Source: Pocillopora damicornis (taxonomy: Eukaryota). Taken from it: a DNA stretch of 64,000 nt. The notes beneath the pieces were generated by a model. It had not been told where the DNA came from and did not search any database. It saw nothing but the letters and a program-made list of their open reading frames with translations. Positions 11,908-25,700 of this stretch are shown here, one piece after another. A program made the position numbers and the translations under genes. Position 1 is the first letter of the stretch, and each line of letters begins with the position of its first letter. The DNA lies in assembly GCF_003704095.1 (NCBI RefSeq), contig NW_020846063.1, positions 558,001 to 622,000 of the forward strand, read 5' to 3'.

Positions 11908-14900
11908 ATGGCGGAAAAAGCGAAAACAAGTTCGCTTCGGCTTCTTGTAGCGCTAGCTCTGGTGTTGTTACTCGTGTATTGCGTGTCACTGAGTGCCTTC
12001 GTCGTTTATTTGATGCGAGATTACAACGAGTTGAGACATTACGTCCAAGATTTGCGGGGTAGAGTTGTTTTATTGGAGAAGGGAACAGTTAACGCTTCTA
12101 AGACGACTGTGCCGCCCTCAAGCACCCAAGACCAGCGTGAAAACAAGGACAAAAGACCTCAGGTAATACAACAAGTCCAAAATAATCGACGATTACGTCC
12201 TACGCAATCAGATATTTTAATTCATGTCATCGATAATACTTAGTGCGCGACGAGATGTCTCTTTCCACAAAACCAGCCTTGTTGACAACTGATGCAAATT
12301 TGGAACAAAAGGTCATCCTTGATTGCGTGTTGAAGATAAATCTGCATACATCCATTACTCCTGATCGTTATCTGTCACGTTACCAAAATAAAACCTCCCT
12401 CTAGAGTAAGATGTCACTTTCTGCCGCCTGATAGAAATGATCATTCGAATTCTCCACAATTATCAGTTAAAACGGGGTCATCAATTATCTCCACGCGAAG
12501 GAAAAACGGATATCATGTTGCTCATTGTTGTCTAATACGGAGCTTTACTTTCCTTCCGGATTTTCATGCCAGACAGCATGAAGCTAAAATTCTCGGAAAG
12601 GAAGAGACTTTCACTGCTAATTCATCTTTAAATGCAAATGTATAGTAACACCGACATCATTAGTTAGCCTCCTGTGGCTGGTATTGTGTACAAACACCGC
12701 AAAGTTGATATTTAATCGCTGTTAATGACCCCGGTCTTCAGCAAGTTCAATGATGTTGAGCCAATTTTATCTCCCTGTGTCGGGTTCTTTGTCCATTTTT
12801 CATATAGAAGTTTTCAATCGTGAAAAAAAAAAAAAAAAACTGCTGCATTCCAACTGGAAACATATACGACTCACTCATTCATTCCCATTTCCGTTTTCTC
12901 GTTTTTCTCAGTCATCTTTCTTTTCCCCTTCTTTCGGCTGTTAATTTCGCAGTCAAGAGCATTCTCCTCGCAATTCTATCGCAGCAACCAGTTCTTTTTT
13001 GACCCAAAGAGCAAATCGTTAAAGCTTGCCACACATTCTAGGGTTAGTCTTGGTCAAAGTAGTCACTTTAGAACATCTTAATGAACCACAATTTTAACGA
13101 GATGGTTGTGTTTGACGCTACAAGTAGCTCATGTATCTTCTTATCATTATTAGGGCTCCCGGCTGTCTGTGATTCCACCTGGACAAACAAGAGAGTAGAT
13201 AGATAAATAAACAGGAAAACTTCGCTTTACCTGATAGTTTTATAGCGTTAATTTGTAAAGTGAAATCACAAATTGATCGCTGCTACATCAGGAACCCAAA
13301 TATGTTGGCCGAGATCTTATCCTGCACTGGCCTGTGTCGCTCTACCAGAATACGAGAAACACGCACGCGGGGGAGCCCACCCGCCTGTCATTCTAAATCA
13401 CTTACGGCTAATGAAGCATGTTTATGACGAGCTAAAGGCTCAATAACATCGAACTTTTTAACTTTGTACAGATGACTGAAATTGTTGACATCAAGAACGT
13501 TTTCCATGAGAGGCGCAAAAGAAACTCTCCAAGCGCTTGTGGGAAGGTTATGTGTCCTAGCGGACCCCCCGGCCCTCCAGGACCGTCAGGTAAGGCATCA
13601 TCCAGGTCCAGCTTTTGTCTTTGACCGTATTCTGGAATATAAAACTGGGAATAAACGATCCAAAAGTTCACGCAAAAACATTTGACCGTTCTTTCAGTAT
13701 TATTGATCAATTAGGAAATCTTAATAAGACCGAAAAAAAAAGGAAAACAATATTTTTACATGGTTATATAGGCAAATACCAATTGTAGTGCATCCGTTTA
13801 ATTTTAGCTGTCATTTACTTTTTCGACAAGGATTCCTGCCTGGATATTCTAAAACTAAAACAACCATGATGGTGAAAGATAATGTTTATAAGATAGCGTT
13901 CGGTTCAATTCTATGTCTACGAGGTCTTCAATTTCTTGCCATGAAATTCCAACGGATGGTCAGATTAACTTGTCTGTCTGTGTTTCATTATCAGGTGCCA
14001 AGGGAAGAAGAGGAAAAAAAGGACAACAAGGTTATTTTGTGCCTCAGGCACCGATAATTGTAAATGCTAATATGGGGCACACTTGTAAATGCCAAGGGAG
14101 GGGGGATAAGGAGAGGAATAAGTTTAAATGCGAAGGAGGGGAGGGGGGGATAATTGTTAATACGAAAGAGGGATAATCGTATGATTTATAACAAATTTGC
14201 ACCACACGAAGCTCAAAATCCATCAACTCACGTTCATTTTAAAATTAAAGAATTTCAAGCTTTTGCTCAGTGCCAACATTTGACTGGTTCAGTCGAGAAA
14301 ATAAAGAGTGCGAAATCAAAAATCGCAAAAATCTGATTGTTCGTGTTGTTTTAGATTTCTGTTTTCATTGGCTAAGAAAAAGATACGATTGAGAGCAAAA
14401 ACTGGAGCGACTTTTAAATAACTGTCCTTGTTGGAAGCCAATCAGGATTACTATTGATATCCAGTTGTACGTAATAAAAAAACCTAATCTATTTTCATTT
14501 CAATTTGAAGGTCCCATCGGTCAAAAAGGACCAGCAGGTCCACAGGGTTCCCAGGGACCCTACGGGCCACCAGGTCCTTCAGGCGAAGTAGGTCCACCTG
14601 GGCCAAAGGGAGACCCAGGAGAATTGGGTAAGTCACACTTCGTACATGATACAAGCTCAGACATTAGGGACGGCTGTACAAGCAAATTACATGAGTGCAG
14701 GCTCACCCTATTACTTTTTTTGTGTGTGTAGGAGAGAGAGGACCCCCAGGACTCATGGTAGGAATCTTGCTCAAATTTTTGTTTGTTGTAAACCTTGCAT
14801 CAACAGCATTCTGTTCAAATTAATTCGATTCAAAATATATGTCAAAGTGAGACTCGTTTTTGACTTTTCTTTTGAGTTTCTCGTAACTCGTGTTTTTTTT

Positions 14901-16205
14901 TTTTTTTTTTTCCCTTTTCTTCTGTTTTTCTCACAAGTTGAACTGTAACAACACCATCATCAACATGTTTCTCTCTTTTCCAGATGCGAGAGAGTGCTCA
15001 CTTGGTTGGCGACGGAAAAAGAGTACATCATGCTGGTTAGTTAAGTCTCGTGACCGTGGGTCAATTTTCTCCTTGATCTCCGCAAGCGAAATACAGTTTG
15101 AAACTGCTAAACGCGCTCCGCACTCATGCAGCGAATAAGTATTATTGTTGTAATAATCTGCTTCGTATGGCACAGTATGACGTTAGTAATTTTGCTATAC
15201 CTGGTGTGCCATACACTCATTCCAGCGCGTGCGCCTCAAGCTCACCCTGCTCAGCCAGCTTCCGCGCTGGCTCAGCTAATAAAAAAGGCCTATGGGAGGG
15301 TCTCAATGGGGTGATGGCTTTTACGGCTATCGGTTAAAATTTTGGCCAATTTCCGGCTAACGGTTAACACCTCTCCATTGTTTCCACCAGACATATTTTT
15401 TACGGTTAACTTTTTTTACGACTAACGGTTAAAATTTGTCAATTTTTACGTCTAACGGCTAAATATTTTGGCCGTTTTACGGCTAACGGTTAACCCCATT
15501 GAGACCCTCCTATGGCCATCGATGGTCTGGCTCACAATAGAGCTCTATGTATAGCTCAGTGTTAAGCATCGGAGGGCGTCATCTAAAGATCAGGGGGTCG
15601 ATTTCTCGTGGATGACCCAGATTTTCCGTTATCCAACGCTCGTGACAATACGAATAATATTCGTTTTATATCAGGAACAGTTGTTATGAGAAATGCCATT
15701 TTGATAACACACCACTACCCGGTCAGGGTTCGAATTCGTACCTCTCGATTTGATGCCCTCGACGTATTAACTCTTAGGCCACCATGCACGTCTCTACACA
15801 ATCAAAATTTAACTTGTGGATTGTTTATAAATGTGTTAACTTTGTTGGGTAGGCACCGTTCATCGTTGGAAGGAAGGCCACGTCAATGGAAGTATCTTGT
15901 TCAGACGACATGTGGGTCACCTGGTGATCGGTCGTTCTGGAATGTACTATGTTTACAGCCAGATGTATTACTACGATTGCACCAGCTACTCAATGAACCA
16001 CTACACTGTTCTAAATGACCACAAAATCCTCGGGAGCGTCTCAAGCACAGTGAATTGCTCGAGAAAGTACAACACCAACTTCCAGGGAGGCGTTTTTCAT
16101 CTGAATCGAGGCGACATTCTTAAAGTGGAAGTGTACAGGAGTAAGATTTACTTCATGGCGGCTCCTTATAGTTACTTTGGAATGTTCATGTTGTATCCTG
16201 ACTAA
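11908..16205 (+). CDS. TNF-superfamily ligand 1, EDA-like (type II TM, coiled coil, furin site, collagen, THD); exons 11908-12162, 13472-13589, 13995-14030, 14511-14627, 14732-14757, 14984-15035, 15853-16205
   Basis: [26 protein letters not shown]; furin site ERRKR; CGKVMC; Gly-X-Y exons including basic [10 protein letters not shown]; strand [10 protein letters not shown]; THD motifs [40 protein letters not shown] and SYFGMFML. All exons splice in frame. Confidence 0.9.
15296..15509. mobile_element. MITE with 16-bp perfect TIRs and a 6-bp target-site duplication (CTATGG)
   Basis: TIRs are gagggtctcaatgggg and ccccattgagaccctc; ctatgg flanks at 15290-15295 and 15510-15515; internal tttacggctaacggttaa repeats. 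Confidence 0.8.
15550..15665 (+). mobile_element. Degenerate tRNA-derived SINE-like fragment
   Basis: A-box-like tagctcagtgttaagcatcgg and B-box-like ggtcgatttc, followed by a cgctcgtgacaa tail; no intact cloverleaf. Confidence 0.45.
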
Positions 16206-17938
16206 GGCATTGAGCCTTTCATCCTCATGCATTTTTTTTTTGAAAGAAGTGGTCAGTCCTTTTTTTTTCGATTTTATACATTTCATACTTAACCTGTTAG
16301 CCTCTCGTTAGTGGAAAGACAAGTTCGTTGCACTCGCTTTAAGTATATTTACACCATGGGTAAAATTTAAACGAAAAGGAAATCAGAACGAAAGCCACGC
16401 GCATGACCGGTGCAAGTTAACTTTGGGACTGATCATTATTTATCGCCTAGGGNNNNNNNNNNNNNNNNNNNNNNNNNNNNNNNNNNNNNNNNNNNNNNNN
16501 NNNNNNNNNNNNNNNNNNNNNNNNNNNNNNNNNNNNNNNNNNNNNNNNNNNNNNNNNNNNNNNNNNNNNNNNNNNNNNNNNNNNNNNNNNNNNNNNNNNN
16601 NNNNNNNNNNNNNNNNNNNNNNNNNNNNNNNNNNNNNNNNNNNNNNNNNNNNNNNNNNNNNNNNNNNNNNNNNNNNNNNNNNNNNNNNNNNNNNNNNNNN
16701 NNNNNNNNNNNNNNNNNNNNNNNNNNNNNNNNNNNNNNNNNNNNNNNNNNNNNNNNNNNNNNNGATAATTTCAGTCATTTTCACAATTTTTTGGTAATGT
16801 TTATCATGTTAACTAGATATAGAAATCCAAATTTTGATCCTGTGAACAGTTACCCTTCCTGTAGACGTTAGCGTACAGACAAATTGTAAATCGTTAAAAT
16901 GTTAGCCTTCTCGGCCAAAGAGACCTCATAAATTAGAGTGTTCTTCGAAATTGTATCAGTCTTAGTCTTAGTCATCATTTATGGATTTAATTATAGTAAA
17001 AGAAAGGCGACTTTATTTTCGGTATCCGAATAGTGCTTAAATGATTTTTCGGTAAATCAGGCTCAAATCATGTGGAAAGTAGTTTGACGCATAATTGTTT
17101 CCATTTTGGCTAGTTTAAATCAAATAGTTAGTCAAGTTAACCACAGTAAGTCATCAAACGCGCTTTACTTTGCTTTTTATACTGTTTTTGTGTATGGAGT
17201 TGTAAAAATTCATATTTCTAATAAAAATAGATCTGCCTACCAATGTTTGGCGTTTGACAGAGTCAGCTTGGCATTTACTCTTTTTGTTTGTTTTTGTTTT
17301 TCCAAGTTTTTGTTTGTTTGTTCCAATTCATCTTGCAACGAAGGTAATAACGAGGAGTTAAATCAAGACTTGGAGAACTGTACAGTAGTTTTTCATGAAA
17401 ACAGCCTGTTTTGACCATGTGCCCATTGTTTACAGGTAGCAGTTACGCCTTGAGAGACAAAGTTTGACTCACAGCAGCGAAGAAATGCTAGATTTGCATC
17501 CTGAAGTAGTTTAATTTCTGAGCATCACCGATGAATATCCACATAGCTTTAACAAATTTAGGCAAGACCCCTTTCTACAGCCACTTTCCAAGGCGCCCGT
17601 AAAAACACGGTGTTCGAGATCGCATTCATTATTCCTTATGCAAACATTCCAAATCAGCAAAAATTAGCTACGATCATGAAACCACAGATTTATTTAACTC
17701 ATAGACGAATGATGACCCTCCCAAATTTATTCACTAAGGTAGACGACCCTCCTAAGGAAACGGAATGCACGAGCACGTGTTTAAATGGCTGTTTCCTTTC
17801 CGAGAAACTTCTAAGACAAATGCTAAGCGAAGCGTGAGACAATAATAAATCAAACAGTTCTGAGAAATTAGCGCCCCCTCTCAGAAACAAGAGACACAGC
17901 TCGGAGCTTCGACACAGCGTTGAAACTACCTGGCGGAT

Positions 17939-20900
17939 ATGGAGAAACGCGATAGCTCGCGTGCTCGTCGTAGCATTCTGACTTTGTTTGTGGTTCTCAT
18001 CCTGGCGATTTTTGTCATCCTTGTTACGGTTGTTATTGCGACTCTGTACCGCGTTACGCTATTGCAATCTGAGAGAATTCAATCGCTAGAAGTAGTTATT
18101 GTCAAACTGACTACTCGTATTCACAAGTTGGAGGCAAGTTTCGCCGCCCGGAAGATAGATGACAAATTTTTGGGCGAAACTAACGCGGAGACAGAGGAAA
18201 CGACGGAGAAGGAGAAACGTCCGGGTAATAAGGTCTGTTTGAATCTTACAAAGTACTTTGTAGCTCGTTGTCCAAATTTATGCATATCCAATTGTGTGGG
18301 TGAACATAAGTTGTTTAAACGTTCTTATCCGCGTCGTTGTTTTCCTTTGCAGCAAATGAGCTCCCATCTTCCTCAAACAAGAGGCAGACGACAATTTTAC
18401 GGTTATGAAGTAAAAAACGACGGTAGGTGTCGAAGATACTCGCATAATTATGCTTAGGGTTAGTCGTTCATTGTTTTTTACAATGTGTAATGAATGTTGA
18501 AAGCCATATTACATTCGACTATGAATAAACATTGCACACTAAACTGCACCGGACTCAAAATGATTACTTACGCAAAGTAAAACAAAAAGATTTCTGAGAT
18601 GCTTGTCTTTTTTGGGGAGCGTTTCGACCCTCGCCTAAAACTCTACCCCCAGTTCACTGAAAAACGACCAATAACGATTTATGAACAAAAAGGGCATCAT
18701 GTTTTAAGACAAAATTAACAAACAAAATTAGAAGAGGAACTGACTGCCATGAAATCGAAAAAAGATAATGATAATAATAAAGCAGAGCTTATTCACTCCT
18801 TTGAGAACAACACTGGGAGGTAAAAGTCTTGAAAATATCTTTTGTCATGTTAATCATCAAATCTGGGCTGATATCAATTCATTGAACTTTGCCCAGCTTC
18901 ACTTCCGCATGTTTTCTTCACTGATTGGTTTTCCCATGTAAGTTTTGCATCAGATGATTATCCTTTTGGCTATACAATGACTTCGTCTCCATTTTTTTTG
19001 CGTTAGTTCTTAATCTTCCTCATTCATTAATAATAAAACAAAATCAGCAAGCCTAATACTGCGAACATGCTTTTATTCTAAGTTGACTTATCGGCCAACA
19101 GTTGGAAAAGCAATATGGGAGACAAAAGGAAGGGATGTCGAATCCGGTCAAAGAAAGTCTAATTGAGCTGAAAATTTTAGAGGACCAACGCGGCTCAGTA
19201 TCATCGTAGTTATTTAACCGATTCATTTTACTGTTCTGAGTGTGAAATTTCCATGCAGTTAAATTGGACTTGCTCTGAAAAACTTGGGATACGTGACATA
19301 AACGAAAACACACCAAACGAAATTTGGCGATCATTTACAAACAAAAATGAATATAAGTCCTTTTATCATGTTTTAAATTTTCAAAACTTTAAGGTAAACT
19401 CAATCGCAGAGGTTGATTTCACTTGATGAGCCTAAATCTGTCGCTTGGTTTTTTTTCCTCAGGTATTAAATGTAAAAAAGGTAAGTGTGCAACGTTATCG
19501 ATATATCGATGTTCCTTGGTCTTACGACTCAAGAAATCATACCCTATTCATGTGCTATAAAACTATGATTGAAAAATTATTTTGTCTTCTTTATAGGCTG
19601 CAAAGGCAAGAAAGGTAAGCTGCAATTATGTCATTTTACCTTTAATTAAAATACTCAACTAGCCTTGTGCAAAAACGTTTGGTTTGGTGTGTCGTACTTT
19701 GTTTAGAGATGTTTTTTAGTCCACATTCATCAAGTAGTCGGTGAACATCGTCAAAAGTAATTTTTCCCGTAACGATCTAAATCACTTACCCTCCATGGGT
19801 TATTTATCCGACACCAAATGGAGGTAAAACCTGAATACAATTAGGAACATTTACATCCAAATACCACGATTAGGCAAAAACCTGATTTACGTATGATCCT
19901 TTTAGGAGAAAAGGGCGACCCGGGCCCTCCCGGACCGACTGGGACGAATGGAACCAATGGCGGAACAGGTTATTTTATCTCTTGTTCTACCGTTAAAACC
20001 TCAAATTCGTTTCATCAACTTTTTTCCTGTACCCCTGACATTATCCTAATTATTCACAAATTTTTATTTCTTTTAAAGTGGTTCTTCGTAATTAACATAG
20101 TAGGTTTCTAAAATTGGTGTTGTTCCACTCACCTAATGAAACAAAAATCCGGAGTCATCTTTAAAAGCCTTGACACTATGCACGTGCTACAAACAAAAAC
20201 AAAATTGAATCAGTTACCTTTTTTTTTTTTTCGGGCAGGTCCCCAGGGCCCACGCGGAGCAAACGGTCTTAAGGGTGACATGGGACCTAAAGGAGAGCAA
20301 GGTCCGCCAGGTATGTTTGGATTCAGCTGCGTATCCAGTGTTTAGAACTGTTTTTCGCCCATTCTGAAAGTTACCTCGAGTACTACCTTGATGAAATTGA
20401 TATTTTGCCAGTTTACTCCATCTCTTGTCTCACTATCCGTGCGAAATCTGGGATGAAGTTTCGGGAAATAGACGAGTCACATCTCACATCATTGGATTCA
20501 ATTCATTAATAAGTGATTATAGCAATGGTGAGAAAAAGGTGAATTTTTACGCAGCAAAGAATACAAACAGATAGGAAAAAATGCCTTTGGAGACACGATA
20601 TTTAGCACCATAAAATAAACTAGACTGAAATGAATCTGCATTATCTTTCCTTAGGACCTCCCGGCCCACCCGGAGTAATGGTAAGTGTGCAAACTAGTTA
20701 CCAGGTTCTGTCTTCTTCCCGCTTCCTGGAGGAAGAGAGGGGGAAGGAAAAGAGAGACCCTGGGAGCTAGGTTGGCAAGCGAGACCGTTTTTTGCTTTGT
20801 AGCCTCGCTTCCAGGGATTGTAAATACTGGAAGATGATGCTCTACAAATGTTCTGGGTAATCTGCTTTTCCCTCGTCCTACAATTTCGACAAGCATAACA

Positions 20901-21106
20901 GAAGCATAAACTGTAGCTTCCTTTCTACCTATGAAGTTAATAAGGAGAGAATAGGCTCATGTCCTTACAGATACTTGCATTCGTGATAAAAAACCAACGA
21001 TGATCAATAAATGATAAGCATGTATATCTTGACAGTGACAATGGGTCAATACTAGAATCATTTACTTTCCTAATTTAAGGCAGGAGAAAGCATCCACCTG
21101 GTTGGA
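17939..21106 (+). CDS. TNF-superfamily ligand 2, collagen-containing; terminal THD exon not visible (gap); exons 17939-18224, 19463-19480, 19597-19614, 19906-19968, 20239-20310, 20655-20680, 21080->21106
   Basis: TM ILTLFVVLILAIFVILVTVVIATLY plus coiled coil; 18-nt exons GIKCKK and GCKGKK; collagen exons; 26-nt GPPGPPGVM exon; THD strand A AGESIHLVG runs into the N gap. Confidence 0.82.
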
Positions 21107-22712
21107 NNNNNNNNNNNNNNNNNNNNNNNNNNNNNNNNNNNNNNNNNNNNNNNNNNNNNNNNNNNNNNNNNNNNNNNNNNNNNNNNNNNNNNNNNNNNNN
21201 NNNNNNAGGTGGATCACAATTGTCTAGTACAAAGGACAATACCTATTACACAAATGTGCTTAACTTTCGTCGAGCGTCGGCGAGTGAGTGTCAAAACAAT
21301 TGGGCACTCCTTTTACCAGTCGAGTTTTTGAGTTGTTTTGTATCATTGTTGAATATTTAGTAGAAAACATACACCACAGTTTTCTTACAATTTTATCCAA
21401 GTCGCAGGCAATAAATTGCACAACCACGAAGTATATACTGAGTAGAGTTTGAGGCTATCAGAATATTCCACTTACATAGTGAAAGTCGCTTTACACATTA
21501 CAATTACAACCTCATTTGCAATCTTGAATTCCTCACAAGGTTTGAGTGCTCATGTTTGACGTCCTGCCCACCGATATACTCACTGTAAATACATTACGGT
21601 AAATAGTGAATAAAGTCTCTACCTTTTTCTCTTTATTGACTATCAAATGTGATTTTTATATTTTTTTCTCGGGGGTGGGGGTGGGGGATTCACGAAGAGG
21701 AGAATTTACCTACGCAAGAGTTATACTACGACGCGACATGATTGATTGGAGTCAGTTGAAATTTGTTTTTATTGTAATTGATTGCTTTCGGATCAAGTAC
21801 CTTAGATAAATGTGAGCTATTTTAGAGGCCTTTTTTGGGTTTCTAATTTGTTTTGTCGCGTCGTACATCAACAATAATTGTTTCGGAAGTGGCTGAAACG
21901 CACTTTAGATACTGAAGCTGTATGTTTCCAATAATAAACATATCAGTTGCGTTATTAGCCGATTGTTGCCGTTTCGTTCACAAGTTGATAGGAATGTTCA
22001 GTTGGAAACCTAGCGAGAACTAAGATATTTGGCTTTGGTTCACAATTGTTATGTCTCTTGACCGTTACTACCACATGAGCGTGAATAACAGAGGTTTCTG
22101 CAGTCCTAAGTTGGGTGGTGAAAGCTTTTGTAGACTTTGGCCACAGTCCTGTCCTAATCCTATTGCAAATATAATACTGGCATTTTGTCAAATGCAATAA
22201 GAATAAAATTGATGAATCAACTGGCAATCAAGCTTGAAATTCAACGCCATATCAACAGGCAAACAAAGGCTTTGCACTTGCATTTGAAACTGACAGAAGC
22301 ATTTTCAGCGGGAAGTTGTAGCTGCGTTGATTATTTTACTAGTTTACATAATCTCATAATTCCTAGAATTGGACTCGAATACAAAGGATCTAGGTTCAAA
22401 TAGACACGTTTTTTGCTACTCTCTCCTAAAGCAAGGATTAAGTTTCAGTATTATTAGGCTATTGTAATAGTTTTGCGAAGTTGGTTGACAGAGCAACGTG
22501 CGGACTTTGAAAGTTACCCCAAAAGTTTCAGTATTTTTAGTGCTGTCAATCACTTTCAACACATGCGCAATATTGCTTTGATTTTCCCAGAAATTTAGAT
22601 TAAGCTCAACCAAGCGTAGAAAGACAGAGTTCAGCTCTTCACGGATTGTGCATCGCTGAAACAAAATCCCGAGCCGAGCACTTGAATTTGCTTGGCAAAT
22701 GCACGTTCCATC

Positions 22713-25700
22713 ATGGACCAACAGAAAAAATCAAATGCGCGTCGCGTTTTCCTCAACATTGCGATTGTTTTAGCAGTGTTATACATCATAATTGTGACTT
22801 TTTTTGTGGTTCATCAACACCAGTTGGCAGTCCTGCAATCCGACATCGTGCGGCGACTTGAAGCTCGTGTTGAAAAGTTGGAAAACAGCGGCTTCACAGC
22901 TCAGAAAACGGACAGAAATTCTGTGGGTGAGGCCGATCGTGTTATGGAGGGGAAATCTGCGCGTTTAAAAACGAAGGTTAGAGAGCCGGCTTGACGGTGC
23001 GCAATTAGTAAAGTCTAAAGCGTATTGTTTACTTAAATGTTGGCGTGAATTGTGATGTTGCTCATCGCTGTTCTGAGAATTGATACATTCGTGAAGCCAA
23101 ATGAAACAGAATGACTTTTCGTTGTTACAGCTTGCCGTTCCTGATTTTCCTCGTGGTAGAGACAAAAGGCAGTTTGAGGGCTACTGCCCGTGTTTGCAAG
23201 GTAATCTTTGAGTGCTAGAAATACATATTTTACATATTTAGCTATGATTACACAAAGAGGCGCATTTAGAACAACGATTGGTCTGAAAAATACAAGGAGA
23301 TTCACGCAAAGAACAGTTTCGTCGTGCCTGTTTATGAAAGAATTCCAAAATTTCCGCAGAACAATGAAGGATAAAGAAATCGACCACAGTTTGATCTCTA
23401 GACTTTGTTTACTTCCGCGTTCAGTGCCTGAAAGTCGCTTGGTCATGAACTAATTAGCTTTTACGAGCCCCCACAAAAAAAATACACTTTCTTAGTATTT
23501 AAGCATGTTGAAATTGGACTCTTGGTGACGAGAAAAACAACTGTTTATAAGCATTCTATATCGGTAACCTACTTGTGGTAAACTTCAATTTTGTGACCTT
23601 TTGATCCTAAATCAGGCGTGAAACTATGTCGTTGATAGATTTCAGCATCAAAGTTTTCCCTGGGAAATTTTGTTTGGTGGAAATGTTTTGTTGCTGAAGC
23701 AATTTAAATGATTTGCTCAAATTTAAGAACCTCACAGCCGGCAGGGCTTCATCTCAATCAAGACGTTGGCGTGACAATTGCCTCTTGAAGTTTTGGCAAA
23801 CTTCCACCAAAATAACATGTCTCGTCAAGTATGTCTGAGAAGGTGATAACGCGAGCGAATGAATTACAAACGAGTTTTTAAAAATGTCATCAATGACAGC
23901 TCAACAAACTAGGAAACATTATGTTCAATTGACCTTTAAAGCATCATTTTACATTTCTCGGTGTAAAACCCGGAGAAAATATTGACTCACCGGCGATAAT
24001 AGTGCGTCAAAGATAACAAAAGACCTTACAATTTAATTTACATTTTATACAATTTGCATACATTGATAATTTGACCTTGAGAATTGTTCAGGTTCGGCTC
24101 AACAGGACACATCACATTGTTTTCAATTCATCACCTCTTCCAATTCAATGGACTATCCTAAAAAGTCAGAAATAAGTTTTCAACCCCTATTCCATCGTGA
24201 TAGACATGTGCCAGACAAATGCCAATTGTTTTCGTGACTGATGGATGACCCTGCCGATTCCTAATGAAATATTGTATGAGACAAGGGACTCTGGCAAAAT
24301 GGGAGCGTCGGAAGATGAGAATATCATTCCACAGTGACTTCAATATTTTTGCCCTTTAAGTTTGAAGCAGTTTTTGAAAACAAGCGATAATTACCGAGCA
24401 GAGTTAGTTTTTCTGAATAAAGATTAGGAATAAACGACATATTGCCGGGACAAATCACATGTAAAGAAAATAGCTCATGGTTTTAAATGAAGTGGAGTTT
24501 CGACCAAATTCAGAGTGTACCATTTTCTATATTGTGATTTTATAATGCACACAAAAAGATAAACTTAGAAAAAGTAGGAGCACCTAAACATTCTACAATT
24601 GGCACATGCTTGTCCTGTAGTTTTTTTGCAATATTATTTTCCCTTTTTCAGGCCCTAAAGGAGATGCTGGACCTCCAGGTAAGAGCTGCATCACATCCCT
24701 TTTTCTCTCCCGTCATTAAAAAAAAAAAACGCTTGAAACGTTGCGGCTTAATTTGTTACACCGTATTTGTTTCTAGCTCTTCCCGTTAATGTGTAGGTAA
24801 TAACATGAACCCGCAGGGCAAGGGCAATGTGTAGTCTTTGAAAAATTCATCAGTGCTTAGTACACCAAATTGCAAGCGAAATAATGTTATTACTTTTTAA
24901 TAATGTAAATGAAAAAAACAACACACACATTGATCATATAGTTCATGATCATGTTTTAACTGTTCCATGATAGAAATAGATTTTTGCCCTTGTCTGTATT
25001 TTGTCATCATTACCTGAGAAAACCGATCCGTTTGGTCTCGTTATTGAATACCCAAACAAAGAACATTTCCGTATAGTGTTTTAAATGTACGCTATTAATT
25101 TTATCATTTGCCGACAGTGATTTTTTTCAACATAGTCTGAGAAACGTGTTGAGAATTTCCCTTCTCAAGATCATTGTTAAACGATAGTACAATAATGCAA
25201 TTATTTTTGTCAAGTATGATAGTTTCTTCAACTGAATAAATCGACAGTTAACTTTTTTTCTCGTTTATCATAGGTCGGCGAGGAAAGAAAGGTAAAAAAG
25301 GTTAGTTTAGTGAAAAGTGATGACGATCAAGTAAAAGTTGCCTCAGTTGTCATCCCAGCATCCTCCCCTCTTCCCCTATGAAATGATTCACGTGCAATGC
25401 ATTACCGAGTAACAGAAGTGCGGTGCGGTTAACCGATTGGGTAATCACCAAACGGCACCTTTTTCGTAGGGCACAAGGGAGACCAAGGACCAGCTGGTCC
25501 CGTGGGTCCTAAGGGAGAACCAGGAACAAATGGGGAGCCTACTAAGGGGCAGCAAGGTGAGTCTGTCGTAAAAGTTCAAGAAAATTATGATAACGATACA
25601 GTTTGATGGAAATAAACAGACTGGCTGATGCAAGACTAACTTCATACACTTAGTGCATCACAGGAGTCAGGAGATGGTCAGAGGGTAAAGAGAAAAATAC

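Noticed and set aside
15550-15625. Possible tRNA gene
   Set aside because: Only degenerate A/B boxes and no convincing cloverleaf; treated as a SINE-like relic.
16410-16871. Long ORFs spanning N runs (also at 27.1, 42.7, 47.4, 51.8, 54.3, 55.3, 56.8, 59.5 and 61.0 kb)
   Set aside because: Artefacts of assembly gaps translated as X.
23033-23453. 137-aa (-) and 81-aa (+) ORFs in intron 1 of ligand 3
   Set aside because: No recognisable motifs or convincing splice signals joining them to the gene model.
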